Assembly (NCBI GenBank): GCA_945834535.1
Contig: CAMAHM010000002.1
Coordinates: forward strand, 14,829-78,828
DNA: 64,000 nt
Reading direction: 5' to 3'
Source: an uncultured Sutterella sp.
Lineage (GTDB): Bacteria > Pseudomonadota > Gammaproteobacteria > Burkholderiales > Burkholderiaceae_F
Shown here: piece by piece, positions 21,425 to 31,304 of the stretch
Numbering within the stretch: the stretch's first letter is position 1
Layout of the letters: the number at the start of each line of letters is the position of its first letter
Position numbers and translations under genes: made by a program
The notes under the pieces: model-generated
What the model saw: the letters and a program-made list of their open reading frames with translations, nothing else
What the model was told of the DNA's origin: nothing
Database searches by the model: none

Positions 21425-21555
21425 GCCACAAACGGCCGCCGACAGACGGTTGCAGCGACCGCGCTATACTTTCCCGTCAGCGGCCCGTGGGCGTGCTTTG
21501 AGCGCTCTGCCGCACCCGTTTTTCCTGCTTTTTTTTGTGAATTGGAGTTGACCCC

Positions 21556-22656
21556 ATGCCCAAAACCATCACCGTGGGCCTGATGTCCGGTACCAGTCTT
21601 GACGGCGTCGATGCCGTCGCCGTGGATTTTGGCGGCAACACGCCGCATTTTTTGGGGCACTATCACACCGAATTTCCCGCGCAGCTGCGCGAAGAGCTGC
21701 TTTCGCTCACGTCGAGCGGCAACAATGAAATCGACCGCATGGGCGCGGCGTCCGTGACACTGGCCAAGCTTTACTCGCACACCATCGACGAGCTGCTCAA
21801 CACCGCCGACATCGGCCGCAAGGACGTGCTGTGCGCCGGTGTGCACGGCCAGACGATCCGCCATCGCCCGGAGCAGGGCTGGACGCTGCAACTCAACAAT
21901 CCGGCACTCATCGCCGAACTCTCGGGCCTTGACATTGTTGCCGACTTCCGCACTCGCGATATTGCCGCGGGCGGCGAAGGCGCTCCTCTCGTGCCCGCCT
22001 TCCATCGTCAGGTCTTCATGGGACAGGTGGCCCGTTCGGTCGTCAACATCGGCGGTATTTCGAACATCACGTTCCTGCCCGCCCGGCGCGCCTACGGCAA
22101 GATCACCGGCTTTGATTGCGGTCCGGGCAATATCCTTTTGGATGCCTGGTGCCAAAAGCACATCAGCCGCGCCTTCGATACCAACGGCGCCTGGGGTGCC
22201 ACCGGCACGGTGCAGGAAGGCCTGCTCGAGCGTCTGCTTGCCGATCCCTACTTTGATCGCGAACCGCCCAAGAGCACGGGGCGCGAACACTTCAACCTTG
22301 AATGGCTCGAGAGCAAGATCGAAAACGAGTCTCCGGTGGACGTGCAGGCTACGCTCATGATGCTCACGGCCCGCTCTATTACCGACGCCGTCAAGCGTTT
22401 TGCCAAGCAGACCGAAGAAATCTATCTGTGCGGCGGCGGCGCTCTGAACGGCGCCCTTGCCGCCATGATCCGCCAGCAGGCGGGCGAGCACATGTTCGTA
22501 CGCTCAACCTCGGTGCTCGGCGTCGATCCCATGCATGTGGAAGCCATGGCCTTTGCCTGGCTTGCCTGGGCCTTCATGCAGCGCACTCCGGGCAACCTGC
22601 CTGAAGTCACCAACGCCTCGGGCTCGCGCATTCTCGGCGCGCTCTACCCGCATTGA
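21556..22656 (+). CDS. anmK: anhydro-N-acetylmuramic acid kinase
   Basis: N-terminus GLMSGTSLDGVDAV, 366 aa, ASKHA fold. The tyrS / M23 peptidase / anmK neighbourhood is conserved. GGAG RBS. Confidence 0.93.
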   Translation: MPKTITVGLMSGTSLDGVDAVAVDFGGNTPHFLGHYHTEFPAQLREELLSLTSSGNNEIDRMGAASVTLAKLYSHTIDELLNTADIGRKDVLCAGVHGQTIRHRPEQGWTLQLNNPALIAELSGLDIVADFRTRDIAAGGEGAPLVPAFHRQVFMGQVARSVVNIGGISNITFLPARRAYGKITGFDCGPGNILLDAWCQKHISRAFDTNGAWGATGTVQEGLLERLLADPYFDREPPKSTGREHFNLEWLESKIENESPVDVQATLMMLTARSITDAVKRFAKQTEEIYLCGGGALNGALAAMIRQQAGEHMFVRSTSVLGVDPMHVEAMAFAWLAWAFMQRTPGNLPEVTNASGSRILGALYPH

Positions 22657-22681
22657 TCGGCTGCGTTTTGCAATGCATCGC

Positions 22682-22714
22682 ATGGGCGGATCAACGGATC
22701 CGCCCATTGTTTTT
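22682..22714 (+). terminator. rho-independent terminator after anmK
   Basis: ATGGGCGGATC-AACG-GATCCGCCCAT followed by TGTTTTTG. Confidence 0.75.
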
Positions 22715-22879
22715 GTCCGCCGCCCCGACAAAATACGGCGTTTTTCAAACGCCTTTGATTCCATTACAATTTAACATTTTCCATAAGCCCGACGACGATT
22801 TAGAACTTCGCCAAGCTGTTTTCGCGAAGCGACGCCGCCTGAGTTTTCTTCAGTCATCAACCGTACCGACCCCCCAGCA

Positions 22880-24616
22880 ATGTCGTTTCTCTCGTCCGTC
22901 AAGAAGGTCCTCGGAGCCCTGCCCGTTCAGGCTTTCCGCCCCGTCACCGTCGACTCTCTGAAAAACTACAACATGCACATGCTCAGCCGCGACATCAGCG
23001 CGGGCCTGACCGTGGGCATGGTGGCGCTCCCTTTGGCCATGGCCTTCGGTATTGCATCGGGCGTACCGCCCGAAGCGGGCATCTACACGGCCATTATTGC
23101 CGGCTTTCTTATTTCCCTTTTGGGCGGCTGCCGCGTGCAGATCGGCGGCCCCGCGGGTGCCTTCATCGTCATCATCTACGGCATCATCGCCAACTACGGT
23201 TTGGGCAATCTGCTGCTGGCTACCATCGGCTCGGGCATCATTTTGTTTTTAATGGGGCTTTTTAAGCTCGGCAGCTTCATTCGCTTTATTCCCGTTTCGA
23301 TCGTCATCGGCTTTACCAACGGTATTGCGGTGTTGATCGGTCTGAGTCAGGTCAAGGACTTTCTCGGTCTGACGATTGCCAAGATGCCGGCTGACTTTTT
23401 CCATCAGATCGAAACGCTTGCGGCCAACATTGAAACCTTCAATCCCTACGCTTTCGGCGTGGCGTTCGTGAGTTTTCTGGTCGTCAAGTTCTGGCCCAAG
23501 GGTTATGCCATGGGCGGCTACGCGTGGAAGCGGTGGCTTGCGCACCTGCCGGGCACCGTGGTGGTGCTCGTCGGCTCGACCATCGTCGTGTCGGCCTTCA
23601 ACCTGCCCGTTGAAACGATCGGCACCAAGTTCGGCGGCATTCCGCAGAAGCTCCCCGAGCTGATGATGCCCGAACTGTCCTGGGGCGCCTTCAAGAACCT
23701 CATCGGTCCGATGTTCACCATCGCTCTTCTCGGGGCTATTGAAAGTCTGCTTTGCGCCCGCGTGGCCGACGCCATGACCGACGACCGTCACGATCCCAAC
23801 CAGGAACTGATGGGTCAGGGCGTGGCCAACTTCATCGTGCCCTTCTTCGGCGGCATTCCTGCCACCGGCACGATCGCCCGTACCGTCACCAACATCAAAA
23901 GCGGCGCCGCCAGCCCCGTAGCAGGTCTCGTGCACGCCGTGACGCTTTTGGTCGTCATTCTTGCCGCCGCGCCGCTTGCAAGCGACATCCCGCTCGCAGC
24001 TCTTGCAGCCATTTTGATGTTCGTTGCCTGGAACATGGGCAACTGGCGTGAGTTCCTGCGTCTGCGCAAGATGACCATGAGCTACAAGGCCACGCTCGTC
24101 ACCACCTTCCTGCTCACCGTGATCTTCGACCTGACGGTGGCCGTGCAGGTGGGTCTGGTTGTCTCGTGCGTCTTCTTCATCTACCGTATGAACACTCTCA
24201 CCCGCGTCGAACAGCAGACGCTGCCCTTTAACATGCCCGAAGGCGTGGAATGCTGGAAAGTGACGGGGGCCCTGTTCTTTGGTTCTGTGTCCAAGCTCGA
24301 ACGCGTCACCGATCCCAAGCGCATCACCGACCGCGACGCAGCCAAGGTGGTCATCATGGACTGCACGGACCTTCTGAACATCGACAACTCGGCCATGGAC
24401 ATCCTGATGGTGTTCATCCGCGCCCTCAAGCGCCGCAACCACGAGCTCATCATCGTGGGCGCTTCGGGCCATCCGCTGCGCCAGTTAAACCGCACGGGCA
24501 TCGCACAGCTTCTCGGGCCCAACATGCTGCCCGACATGGCCTTTGCCGAACACCGCGCACGCGAACTGATCCAAGAGATCGACGCCAAGCAGACCTGCGG
24601 CAAACCGATCATCTGA
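22880..24616 (+). CDS. SulP-family inorganic anion transporter with C-terminal STAS domain
   Basis: 578 aa. Multi-TM SLC26/SulP core (AGLTVGMVALPLAMAFGIASG...) and a soluble STAS-like tail (KVTGALFFGSVSKLE...VIMDCTDLLNIDNSAMD). Confidence 0.9.
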   Translation: MSFLSSVKKVLGALPVQAFRPVTVDSLKNYNMHMLSRDISAGLTVGMVALPLAMAFGIASGVPPEAGIYTAIIAGFLISLLGGCRVQIGGPAGAFIVIIYGIIANYGLGNLLLATIGSGIILFLMGLFKLGSFIRFIPVSIVIGFTNGIAVLIGLSQVKDFLGLTIAKMPADFFHQIETLAANIETFNPYAFGVAFVSFLVVKFWPKGYAMGGYAWKRWLAHLPGTVVVLVGSTIVVSAFNLPVETIGTKFGGIPQKLPELMMPELSWGAFKNLIGPMFTIALLGAIESLLCARVADAMTDDRHDPNQELMGQGVANFIVPFFGGIPATGTIARTVTNIKSGAASPVAGLVHAVTLLVVILAAAPLASDIPLAALAAILMFVAWNMGNWREFLRLRKMTMSYKATLVTTFLLTVIFDLTVAVQVGLVVSCVFFIYRMNTLTRVEQQTLPFNMPEGVECWKVTGALFFGSVSKLERVTDPKRITDRDAAKVVIMDCTDLLNIDNSAMDILMVFIRALKRRNHELIIVGASGHPLRQLNRTGIAQLLGPNMLPDMAFAEHRARELIQEIDAKQTCGKPII

Positions 24617-24648
24617 CGCATTTCACCAACGCGCGTATTGAATTGAAA

Positions 24649-24683
24649 ACGGGCGGGATCCGAAGCTCTCGGATCCCGCCCGT
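24649..24683. terminator. perfect 15-bp hairpin between convergent sulP and the hydrogenase-rubrerythrin gene
   Basis: ACGGGCGGGATCCGA-AGCTC-TCGGATCCCGCCCGT, flanked by GAAAA on the left and a weak T-tract (ACTGTTTC) on the right. Confidence 0.7.
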
Positions 24684-24711
24684 ACTGTTTCAGCCGTTTG
24701 GCTTTTGAAGG

Positions 24712-26649
24712 TTAGTAGTTGGCGGCACGCACTTCAAAGAAGCTCTTGGCGTAGTGGCAGACCGGGCAGACGTCCGGAGCCTTGGTGCCGACGACGATGT
24801 GTCCGCAGATGCGGCACTCCCACATGGCCATTTCGATCTTGGCAAAGACCTTCTGCGTCTGAACGTTGGTCAGAAGCTTGCGGTAGCGCTCCTCGTGCGT
24901 CTTTTCGATGGCACCGACCAGACGGAACTTAGCGGCGATTTCGGGGAACCCTTCTTCGTCGGCCTCCCTGGCAAATCGGTCGTACATGTCGGTCCACTCG
25001 TAGTTTTCGCCGGCCGCGGCCGCTTCGAGGTTGGCGGCGGTATCGCCGATGCCGCCCAACAGGTCAAACCACAGACGGGCGTGTTCCTGCTCGTTGCGGG
25101 CCGTCGAAAGGAAGATTTCCGCGAGCTGCTCGTACCCTTCGCGGCGTGCCGCTTCGGCAAAGTAGGTGTACTTGTTGCGGGCCTGCGATTCGCCGGCAAA
25201 GGCTTCGGCAAGGTTTCTGGCCGTCTTGGTGCCTTCAAGGGTTCCGGCGGCCTTTTGGTCGGTGCACTTGCACGCACCGAGATCTGCACTGCGATCGGTG
25301 TAAGAAGTGTGCAGCATCTTTTCGGCAAGTTCGGAGAGGGGCTTGCCGTAGAACTCTTCGTAAAGCGCCTTGATTTCGGGGTTCTCTTCGCTCTGACGAC
25401 ACTCCATGGAGGCGTCGCGGGCATACAGGCTGTCGATACGGGCCTGACGCACGGCGTCGGCCTTGCCCTGCATGGCCTTGGGCTGACCGCCGCCGGAGAT
25501 GCAGCCGCCCGGGCAGGTCATCACTTCCACGAAGTGATAGGGCTTGTCGAGCTTGCCTGCCTTGAGGCGTTCAAGGAAACGCCCTGCCGCGGCCGTACCG
25601 TAGATGACGGCCACGTTGACCGTGAGTTCTCCGACCTGAAGACTCGCCTCCTTGACGTCCTGAAGACCGCGCACGCTCTGCAGTTCAAAAAGCACCTGCG
25701 GAGGCTGCTCGCCGGTGATGAAGCGGTAGGCCGTGCGAAGCGCTGCTTCCATCACGCCGCCCGTGTTGCCGAAGATGACGCCCGCACCCGAGCCTTCACC
25801 CATCAGACGGTCGTAGGCGCTCTCTTGAAGCGCAGCAAAATCGACGCCCGCGCTCTTGGCCCAGTCCGCCAGCTCGCTCGTGGTGACCACGAAGTCCATG
25901 TCGCGCATGCCTTCGATACCGAGGTGGCGCGCGGCAGCATTCATTTCATCGCGACGGATTTCGGCCTTCTTGGCCGTGCAGGGCGTGACGGCGACATTGA
26001 CAATGCGCGTGGGATCAATCCCCATCTTCTGGGCAAAGTAGGTCTTGATGGTCGGCCCCTGCATGCCGATCGGGCTCTTGGCGGACGAAATATGCGCGAG
26101 CATGTCCGGGTAGAACGTTTCACAGTAGCGCACCCAGGCCGGGCAGCAGCTCGTGAACTGCGGCAGGGGACCGGTGCCGTGCGTAATGCGCTCGATGAGT
26201 TCACTGCTTTCTTCAACAATCGTGAGGTCGGCCGCAAAGTTGGTGTCGAGCACGTAGTCGCCGCCGAGCGCGCGCAGCAGTGCCACCATCTTGCCTTCAA
26301 CGAAGGAGCCGTCTGCCAGGCCGAAGGCTTCACCGAGACCGACGCGCACCGAGGGGCTCGTTGAGAAGATCACGACCTTGTTCGGGTCGGCGATCGCCTC
26401 GGCCACATCACGCCATTCGGGTTTGATGCTAAGCGAACCCACCGGGCAGGCCGCGATGCACTGTCCGCAGTGAATGCAGACGGACTTGTCGCCGGTATTT
26501 TTCAGGCTGTAACGGTTGTTGACGCCGATGTAGTCATCGCACACACCGGCACAAAGCCGACACTGCACGCATTTCGCCTCGTCGCGCTCCACCGCAGGAT
26601 TGCACGAATCAATGGCCACGCGCACTTGCTGCGCCATATGTTTGGTCAT
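24712..26649 (-). CDS. [FeFe]-hydrogenase (2x[4Fe-4S] F-domain + H-domain) fused to C-terminal rubrerythrin with a rubredoxin-like tail
   Basis: Ferredoxin motifs [11 protein letters not shown] and [13 protein letters not shown]-cluster motifs [16 protein letters not shown] and [16 protein letters not shown]. Rubrerythrin ExxH pairs (EQEH, EKTHEE) and terminal CRICGH...CPVCH. GGAG RBS 7 nt before ATG 26649. Confidence 0.9.
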   Translation of the reverse strand: MTKHMAQQVRVAIDSCNPAVERDEAKCVQCRLCAGVCDDYIGVNNRYSLKNTGDKSVCIHCGQCIAACPVGSLSIKPEWRDVAEAIADPNKVVIFSTSPSVRVGLGEAFGLADGSFVEGKMVALLRALGGDYVLDTNFAADLTIVEESSELIERITHGTGPLPQFTSCCPAWVRYCETFYPDMLAHISSAKSPIGMQGPTIKTYFAQKMGIDPTRIVNVAVTPCTAKKAEIRRDEMNAAARHLGIEGMRDMDFVVTTSELADWAKSAGVDFAALQESAYDRLMGEGSGAGVIFGNTGGVMEAALRTAYRFITGEQPPQVLFELQSVRGLQDVKEASLQVGELTVNVAVIYGTAAAGRFLERLKAGKLDKPYHFVEVMTCPGGCISGGGQPKAMQGKADAVRQARIDSLYARDASMECRQSEENPEIKALYEEFYGKPLSELAEKMLHTSYTDRSADLGACKCTDQKAAGTLEGTKTARNLAEAFAGESQARNKYTYFAEAARREGYEQLAEIFLSTARNEQEHARLWFDLLGGIGDTAANLEAAAAGENYEWTDMYDRFAREADEEGFPEIAAKFRLVGAIEKTHEERYRKLLTNVQTQKVFAKIEMAMWECRICGHIVVGTKAPDVCPVCHYAKSFFEVRAANY

Positions 26650-27039
26650 CCGAATCTCCGTTGTCTTTATATGGGGTCTGATGAACCCGTACCTAGACGG
26701 GCTCCTGTGAGGATTGTAGAAAAGCCTTGCGAGTTTCGCCTGCAGTCGTGCCGAAAAACTATGGCCTCCATAAGCGGGTCATTGCGATCGACGCACGTCA
26801 GCCGACAATTTGCTGTTGCGCACAGCCTCTTTTTTACGAGCGCCTGCGCTATCCTTATCGATTAAGTGCGTCTTTCGGGAGGATTTCTCCGAGAGAAACG
26901 ACGAATGGTTTTTCCGCGAAAATAAGCGTGTTTTCCCTTATGGTTCTTCCCCTTAGTTTACGATTTGGAAATTGAGCCTTTGTTTCTAGGCGAGTACACT
27001 AGGAAAGAACGATCTATTTTTTAGATTTTGTTTAAAGAT

Positions 27040-27762
27040 ATGAGACTTCGACACTTCTTTTCAGTATTAACCCTTGGATTGGTTGCCCTTCAAAGTGCCG
27101 CCACGGCAGCCGATATGTCCAAGGACAGTGCAGAGGTCAGAATTTCCGAGCGCGTCCGCGCCATGATGAACGTTGCGCCCAACAGCGTGCGTCCGGCCCC
27201 CGTCCCCGGGCTCTACGAAGTGGTCATCAACCGCAGCCGCGTCTTTTATGTGGACCCCGAAGTCCGCTTTCTCATTGCCGGTCGCATTTTCGAAGCCGCC
27301 ACGGAAACGGATCTCACCGCCAAGCGCATGGAAGAGTTAAGCCGCGTCTCCTTAAACGAGCTGCCGCTTAAAGACGCCATTACCGTGGTTTACGGCAAAG
27401 GCGAGCGCAAGATCGCCGTCTTTACCGATGCCAACTGCTCGTACTGCAAGGTGCTCGAAAAGAGCCTGCGCGAAATCGGCAACGTCACGGTCTACAACTT
27501 CATCTACCCCATTCTCAATTCGCGTGAGGCATCGCGCAACATTGTGTGCGCCAAAAATCCTGTCTCCGCGTTCCAGAACCACATGCTCACCGGTGCCGAC
27601 CCGGCCCCCGCCGTGTGCGACGACTCCGTGCTCGAACGCAATCTCAGGCTCGGGTCCGATCTGCAGATCACCGGAACGCCGCACATCATTTTCAGCAACG
27701 GCGAGCGTTTTGCGGGCGCCATGCCGATCGATCGGCTGCGCGAAGCTCTCGCTTCTCAATAA
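27040..27762 (+). CDS. dsbC: thiol:disulfide interchange protein DsbC
   Basis: Signal peptide MRLRHFFSVLTLGLVALQSAATA, dimerisation domain, and thioredoxin fold with CSYC active site. ATG 27040 preferred over the track's TTG 27028. Confidence 0.88.
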   Translation: MRLRHFFSVLTLGLVALQSAATAADMSKDSAEVRISERVRAMMNVAPNSVRPAPVPGLYEVVINRSRVFYVDPEVRFLIAGRIFEAATETDLTAKRMEELSRVSLNELPLKDAITVVYGKGERKIAVFTDANCSYCKVLEKSLREIGNVTVYNFIYPILNSREASRNIVCAKNPVSAFQNHMLTGADPAPAVCDDSVLERNLRLGSDLQITGTPHIIFSNGERFAGAMPIDRLREALASQ

Positions 27763-27811
27763 TTCCATCTTTTGAACCACATCCAACCCCAACATCGAGG
27801 AGAACAACGCC

Positions 27812-29917
27812 ATGGCTTCACTTGACAAGATCATGAAACCCAAGAGCATCGCCGTCATCGGTGCTTCGACCAAGCCGCACACCATCGGCTCGGACATCAT
27901 GAAGCGCCTCAATGAATACGGCTTTAAGGGCACGGTTTATCCGGTCAATCCCAAGGGCGGCGTGATCGAAGGTCTGCAGGCCTACACGAACGTGCTCGAA
28001 GTGCCCGGCGAAGTCGACATGGCCATCATCGTTGTCAACTCCAAGTTCGTTCTCTCGACCATCGATCAGTGCAATGAAAAGGGCATTAAGGGTCTGGTCG
28101 TCATTTCCGCGGGCTTCAAGGAAGCCGGTGCCGAAGGCGCTGCACTCGAAGCCGAGCTCCTCAAGAAGGTGCGCCAATACGGCATGCGCTGCGTCGGTCC
28201 GAACTGTCTGGGCGTGGTCAACACGCTCCCTGAAGTGCGTATGGACGGCTGCTTTGCCGAAACGCTTCCCGTGCGCGGCGACATCGGTTTTGTGTCGCAG
28301 TCGGGCGCGCTGGGCGGCGGCATCCTCAACATTCTCAAGGATCTGGGCATCGGCTTTGCACAGTTCATTTCGATCGGCAACCAGGCCGACATCAACGCCG
28401 AAGACGCCATTGAATACTGGGAAAATGAAGACGACGTCAAGCAGATCCTGCTTTACATGGAATCGATCCAGAATCCGGCCAACTTCCGTCGTCTTGCTTC
28501 GCGCATCACCAAGAAAAAGCCCATTCTCGCCCTCAAGGCGGGGCGCTCGGCTGCGGGCGCTTCGGCAGCAAGCTCGCACACCGGGTCTCTGGCCGGTTCC
28601 GACAAGGCCGCCGAAGCCCTTCTGCGTCAGTCGGGCGTGATCCGCGAATACTCGCTCGAACAGCTCTTTTCGACCGCCAAGGTCTTCAAGAACTGCCCGC
28701 TTCCCAAGGGCGACCGCGTGTGCATCATCACCAACTCCGGCGGCCCCGGCATCATGGCCACGGACGCGATCTGCGAGTACGGCATGCAGATGGCTCAGCT
28801 CACGGAAGAAACCAAGGCCGAACTGCGCAGCTTCCTGCCCGCCGCCGCTTCCGTCAAGAACCCCGTCGACATGATCGCCTCGGCCCCGCTTGAGCACTAC
28901 CAGAAGACGCTCACCACGGTTTTGGCCGACCCCAACGTCGACATGGTCATTTCGATTTATCTGCCCTTCCTCGGTCTGCGCGACATCGACGTGGCCAAGG
29001 CTCTGATGCAGATCAAGGCCGAACACCCCGAAAAGCCCATCGTCGGCGTGTTCATGACCAAGAATGAATTCTTCTCGGCCATTTCGGAAATGGATGTGAC
29101 GATCCCCTTCTTCCAGTTCGCCGAAGAAGCCGTGGACGGTCTGGCTCGCCTCAACATGCAGCGCAAGTGGATGGAACGCCCCATGGGCACGTTCCCCCGC
29201 TATGAAGTCGATCAGACCCGTGCTCAGGCCGTCTTTGACGCCGCCAAGGCCGAGGGACGCGCCGAACTCACCACTCGCGAAAGTCTGGACGTCCTTGACG
29301 CCTATGGTGTGCGCGTGTGCCGTGCCGGCTTTGCCCGCAGCGAAGAGGAGGCCGTCGCTCTTGCCAACAAGATCGGCTACCCGGTCGTTATGAAGATGAC
29401 GAGCAAGACCACCTCTCACAAGACCGACGTGGGCGGCGTGCGCGTCAACATGGATTCGGAAGAAACCCTGCGCGCCAACTACCGCGACCTCATCGAAAAG
29501 CTTCGTGAAAAGGGCCTTTTAGAGGGTCTCGAAGGCGTAATCATTCAGGAAATGGTCAAGAGCTCGCGCGAACTTGTCTGCGGCATCGCCGACGATCCGC
29601 AGTACGGCCCGATGATCATGTTCGGGCTGGGCGGCGTGTTTGTGGAAGTGATGAAGGACGTGACGTTCAATCTGGCGCCCCTGACGGACATCGACGCGCA
29701 CGAAATGGTGCGCTCCGTGAAGGCCTACAAGCTTCTCACCGGCGCCCGCGGTACGACCCCGGCAGATGTGGCCAAGGTTGAAGAGACGCTCCTGCGCCTG
29801 TCGCAGCTTGTCACCGACTTCCCGAGCGTTGCGGAACTCGACATCAACCCGCTCATGATCTCCGACAAGAACGGCGAAGCCATCGCCGTGGACGGTCGCA
29901 TCAAGGTTAAGCTCTAA
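27812..29917 (+). CDS. ADP-forming acetyl/acyl-CoA synthetase (fused alpha-beta, NDP-forming ACD family)
   Basis: 701 aa. CoA-binding N-terminus (KSIAVIGAST...VYPVNPKG), succinyl-CoA-synthetase-like ligase domain (SHTGSLAGSD catalytic-His loop) and a C-terminal ATP-grasp. It has no GNAT tail, so it is not a Pat/YfiQ acetyltransferase. Confidence 0.85.
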   Translation: MASLDKIMKPKSIAVIGASTKPHTIGSDIMKRLNEYGFKGTVYPVNPKGGVIEGLQAYTNVLEVPGEVDMAIIVVNSKFVLSTIDQCNEKGIKGLVVISAGFKEAGAEGAALEAELLKKVRQYGMRCVGPNCLGVVNTLPEVRMDGCFAETLPVRGDIGFVSQSGALGGGILNILKDLGIGFAQFISIGNQADINAEDAIEYWENEDDVKQILLYMESIQNPANFRRLASRITKKKPILALKAGRSAAGASAASSHTGSLAGSDKAAEALLRQSGVIREYSLEQLFSTAKVFKNCPLPKGDRVCIITNSGGPGIMATDAICEYGMQMAQLTEETKAELRSFLPAAASVKNPVDMIASAPLEHYQKTLTTVLADPNVDMVISIYLPFLGLRDIDVAKALMQIKAEHPEKPIVGVFMTKNEFFSAISEMDVTIPFFQFAEEAVDGLARLNMQRKWMERPMGTFPRYEVDQTRAQAVFDAAKAEGRAELTTRESLDVLDAYGVRVCRAGFARSEEEAVALANKIGYPVVMKMTSKTTSHKTDVGGVRVNMDSEETLRANYRDLIEKLREKGLLEGLEGVIIQEMVKSSRELVCGIADDPQYGPMIMFGLGGVFVEVMKDVTFNLAPLTDIDAHEMVRSVKAYKLLTGARGTTPADVAKVEETLLRLSQLVTDFPSVAELDINPLMISDKNGEAIAVDGRIKVKL

Positions 29918-29953
29918 ACAAGTCTGCCCTCGGCCGAGCGCGCCGGGGCATGG

Positions 29954-29987
29954 CGGCAATACAGGCACCGCTCTCACCCGAGAACGG
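29954..29987 (+). terminator. rho-independent terminator after the ACD gene
   Basis: GGCACCG-CTCTCACCCGAGAA-CGGTGCC followed by TTTTTTG. Confidence 0.7.
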
Positions 29988-30033
29988 TGCCTTTTTTGCG
30001 TTTTGGAAATGGCGGACAGCCTCTTTTGCCGCG

Positions 30034-30954
30034 CTAGCGACGCAGTCCCCGGCGGCGCAGTCTGAAGCCCGTTTCGGTGACAAAGAAGACGGCCGCAAGC
30101 ACCATGACCGCACCGAGCATTTCAGCGCCCGTGACGACCGTGCCAAGAAGCAGCACCGAGAGCACGTAGGCGCACAAAGGCTCGCTTGAGCCCAAAAGAC
30201 CGACGACCACCGGATTGATGAGGTGAATGGCGCGCATATAAAGAAAGAAGGCAAGCGCCGTACCGATGATGATGATGACAAAGAGCAGCATCAGGTTGTG
30301 CGCCGACATCTCGACGTGAATTGTCCAGGGCGGCACCATCAAAGAGCTCGACAAGCCTCCCGACACCATGGCCCAGCCCACGAAAGGCGTGACGGGCACG
30401 GTTTTGAGAATGCGCCGCGGCTGAATCGAGTAGCCTGCCGAAAGCACGGCCGAACCGAGCGCCCAACTGACGCCCAGGACGTCAAAATTGAGCGAAGAAA
30501 AGTCGCCGTGCGTGACAATGAGCGTCACTCCGACAAAAGCGAGCACAAAACAGACAATCTGGCGCAGCGTCGGCATCCTGCGCTCGACAACGGCAAACCA
30601 GAAGGCCACCCAGAAGGGCACGGTCGTCAGAATGATGGTCGCCACCCCCGCACCGCTGTAGGTGATGCTCTTCATGAAGCAGAACTGACCGCCGAATGTA
30701 ATGAGCCCGGCCAGAAAAACGTCGCGCACGTCAATGAGGCGCCGCACGGGGGCAAAGGCCTGCGCGCCGGAAAACAAAATAAGGACAGAACCGGCAATCA
30801 ACAGGCGCAGCGTCACCAGTTCCATGGCACCGATCGAAGCGCCGCCCGCAAAAAGTGCCTGCGCTGCCACGGCCATCGACCCCCAGCACACCCCTGCAGC
30901 CAGAGAGCAAACAATCCCCTGCACCTGCACACTTTTATTGTCTGCGTGATTCAT
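30034..30954 (-). CDS. EamA/DMT-family transporter
   Basis: Track ORF 30034-31047 trimmed to ATG 30954 ([26 protein letters not shown]...). The longer version would run through rnpB. About 10 TM segments in two EamA repeats. Confidence 0.85.
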   Translation of the reverse strand: MNHADNKSVQVQGIVCSLAAGVCWGSMAVAAQALFAGGASIGAMELVTLRLLIAGSVLILFSGAQAFAPVRRLIDVRDVFLAGLITFGGQFCFMKSITYSGAGVATIILTTVPFWVAFWFAVVERRMPTLRQIVCFVLAFVGVTLIVTHGDFSSLNFDVLGVSWALGSAVLSAGYSIQPRRILKTVPVTPFVGWAMVSGGLSSSLMVPPWTIHVEMSAHNLMLLFVIIIIGTALAFFLYMRAIHLINPVVVGLLGSSEPLCAYVLSVLLLGTVVTGAEMLGAVMVLAAVFFVTETGFRLRRRGLRR

Positions 30955-30977
30955 ATCGATTAAGAAACTTGGAAAGA

Positions 30978-31304
30978 CACGCGCGGCTGCATCTGTAAGC
31001 CGGATTCTGTGCCGCGCCTGCCCGAAGACAGGCCCGGTGACGGCCATTCATCTGCGACTGCGTTCGCACGCAGCCTCCAGCCACCTACCCGCAGTCATCT
31101 TCCGGGACCGAAATCAAACGACTGCCTATTTGGTGTTGCTCCCCGTAGAGATTGCCCGTTTCACCCGAACTCAATCGGCTCGTCTCTGTTGCTCTGATCC
31201 TCGCCTTGCGGCGGGCAGGCGTTACCTGCTACGGCGCCCTGCGGAGTCCGGACTTTCCTCAACCGATCCATGTCGGCAGCGACCGTCCGACGCACCCGCG
31301 CGTG
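30978..31304 (-). ncRNA. rnpB: RNase P RNA (bacterial type A), compact form
   Basis: The minus-strand RNA carries both strands of the universally conserved P4 helix (GAGGAAAGUCCGG ... ACAGAAUCCGGCUUA). It also has GGUAACGCCUGC (P8), GCAACAGAGA, GGGUGAAA, GGAGCAACACCAAAUAGG, GGGUAGG and AGAUGAAUG, all in E. coli M1 RNA order. 5' CACGCGCGGGUGCGUCGG pairs with 3' CAGAUGCAGCCGCGCGUG as P1 (2 mismatches in 18). Ends are approximate (+-5 nt). Confidence 0.88.

Noticed and set aside
22682-24683. sulP is flanked by two hairpins sharing a GGGCGG(G)ATCC core (22682-22707 and 24649-24683). I considered MITE/REP ends or an insertion footprint.
   Set aside because: Each hairpin is positioned and built like an ordinary intrinsic terminator, for anmK and for sulP/hydrogenase. 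The shared core is only about 9-10 nt of GC-rich sequence. There are no target-site duplications and no other copies in the window.
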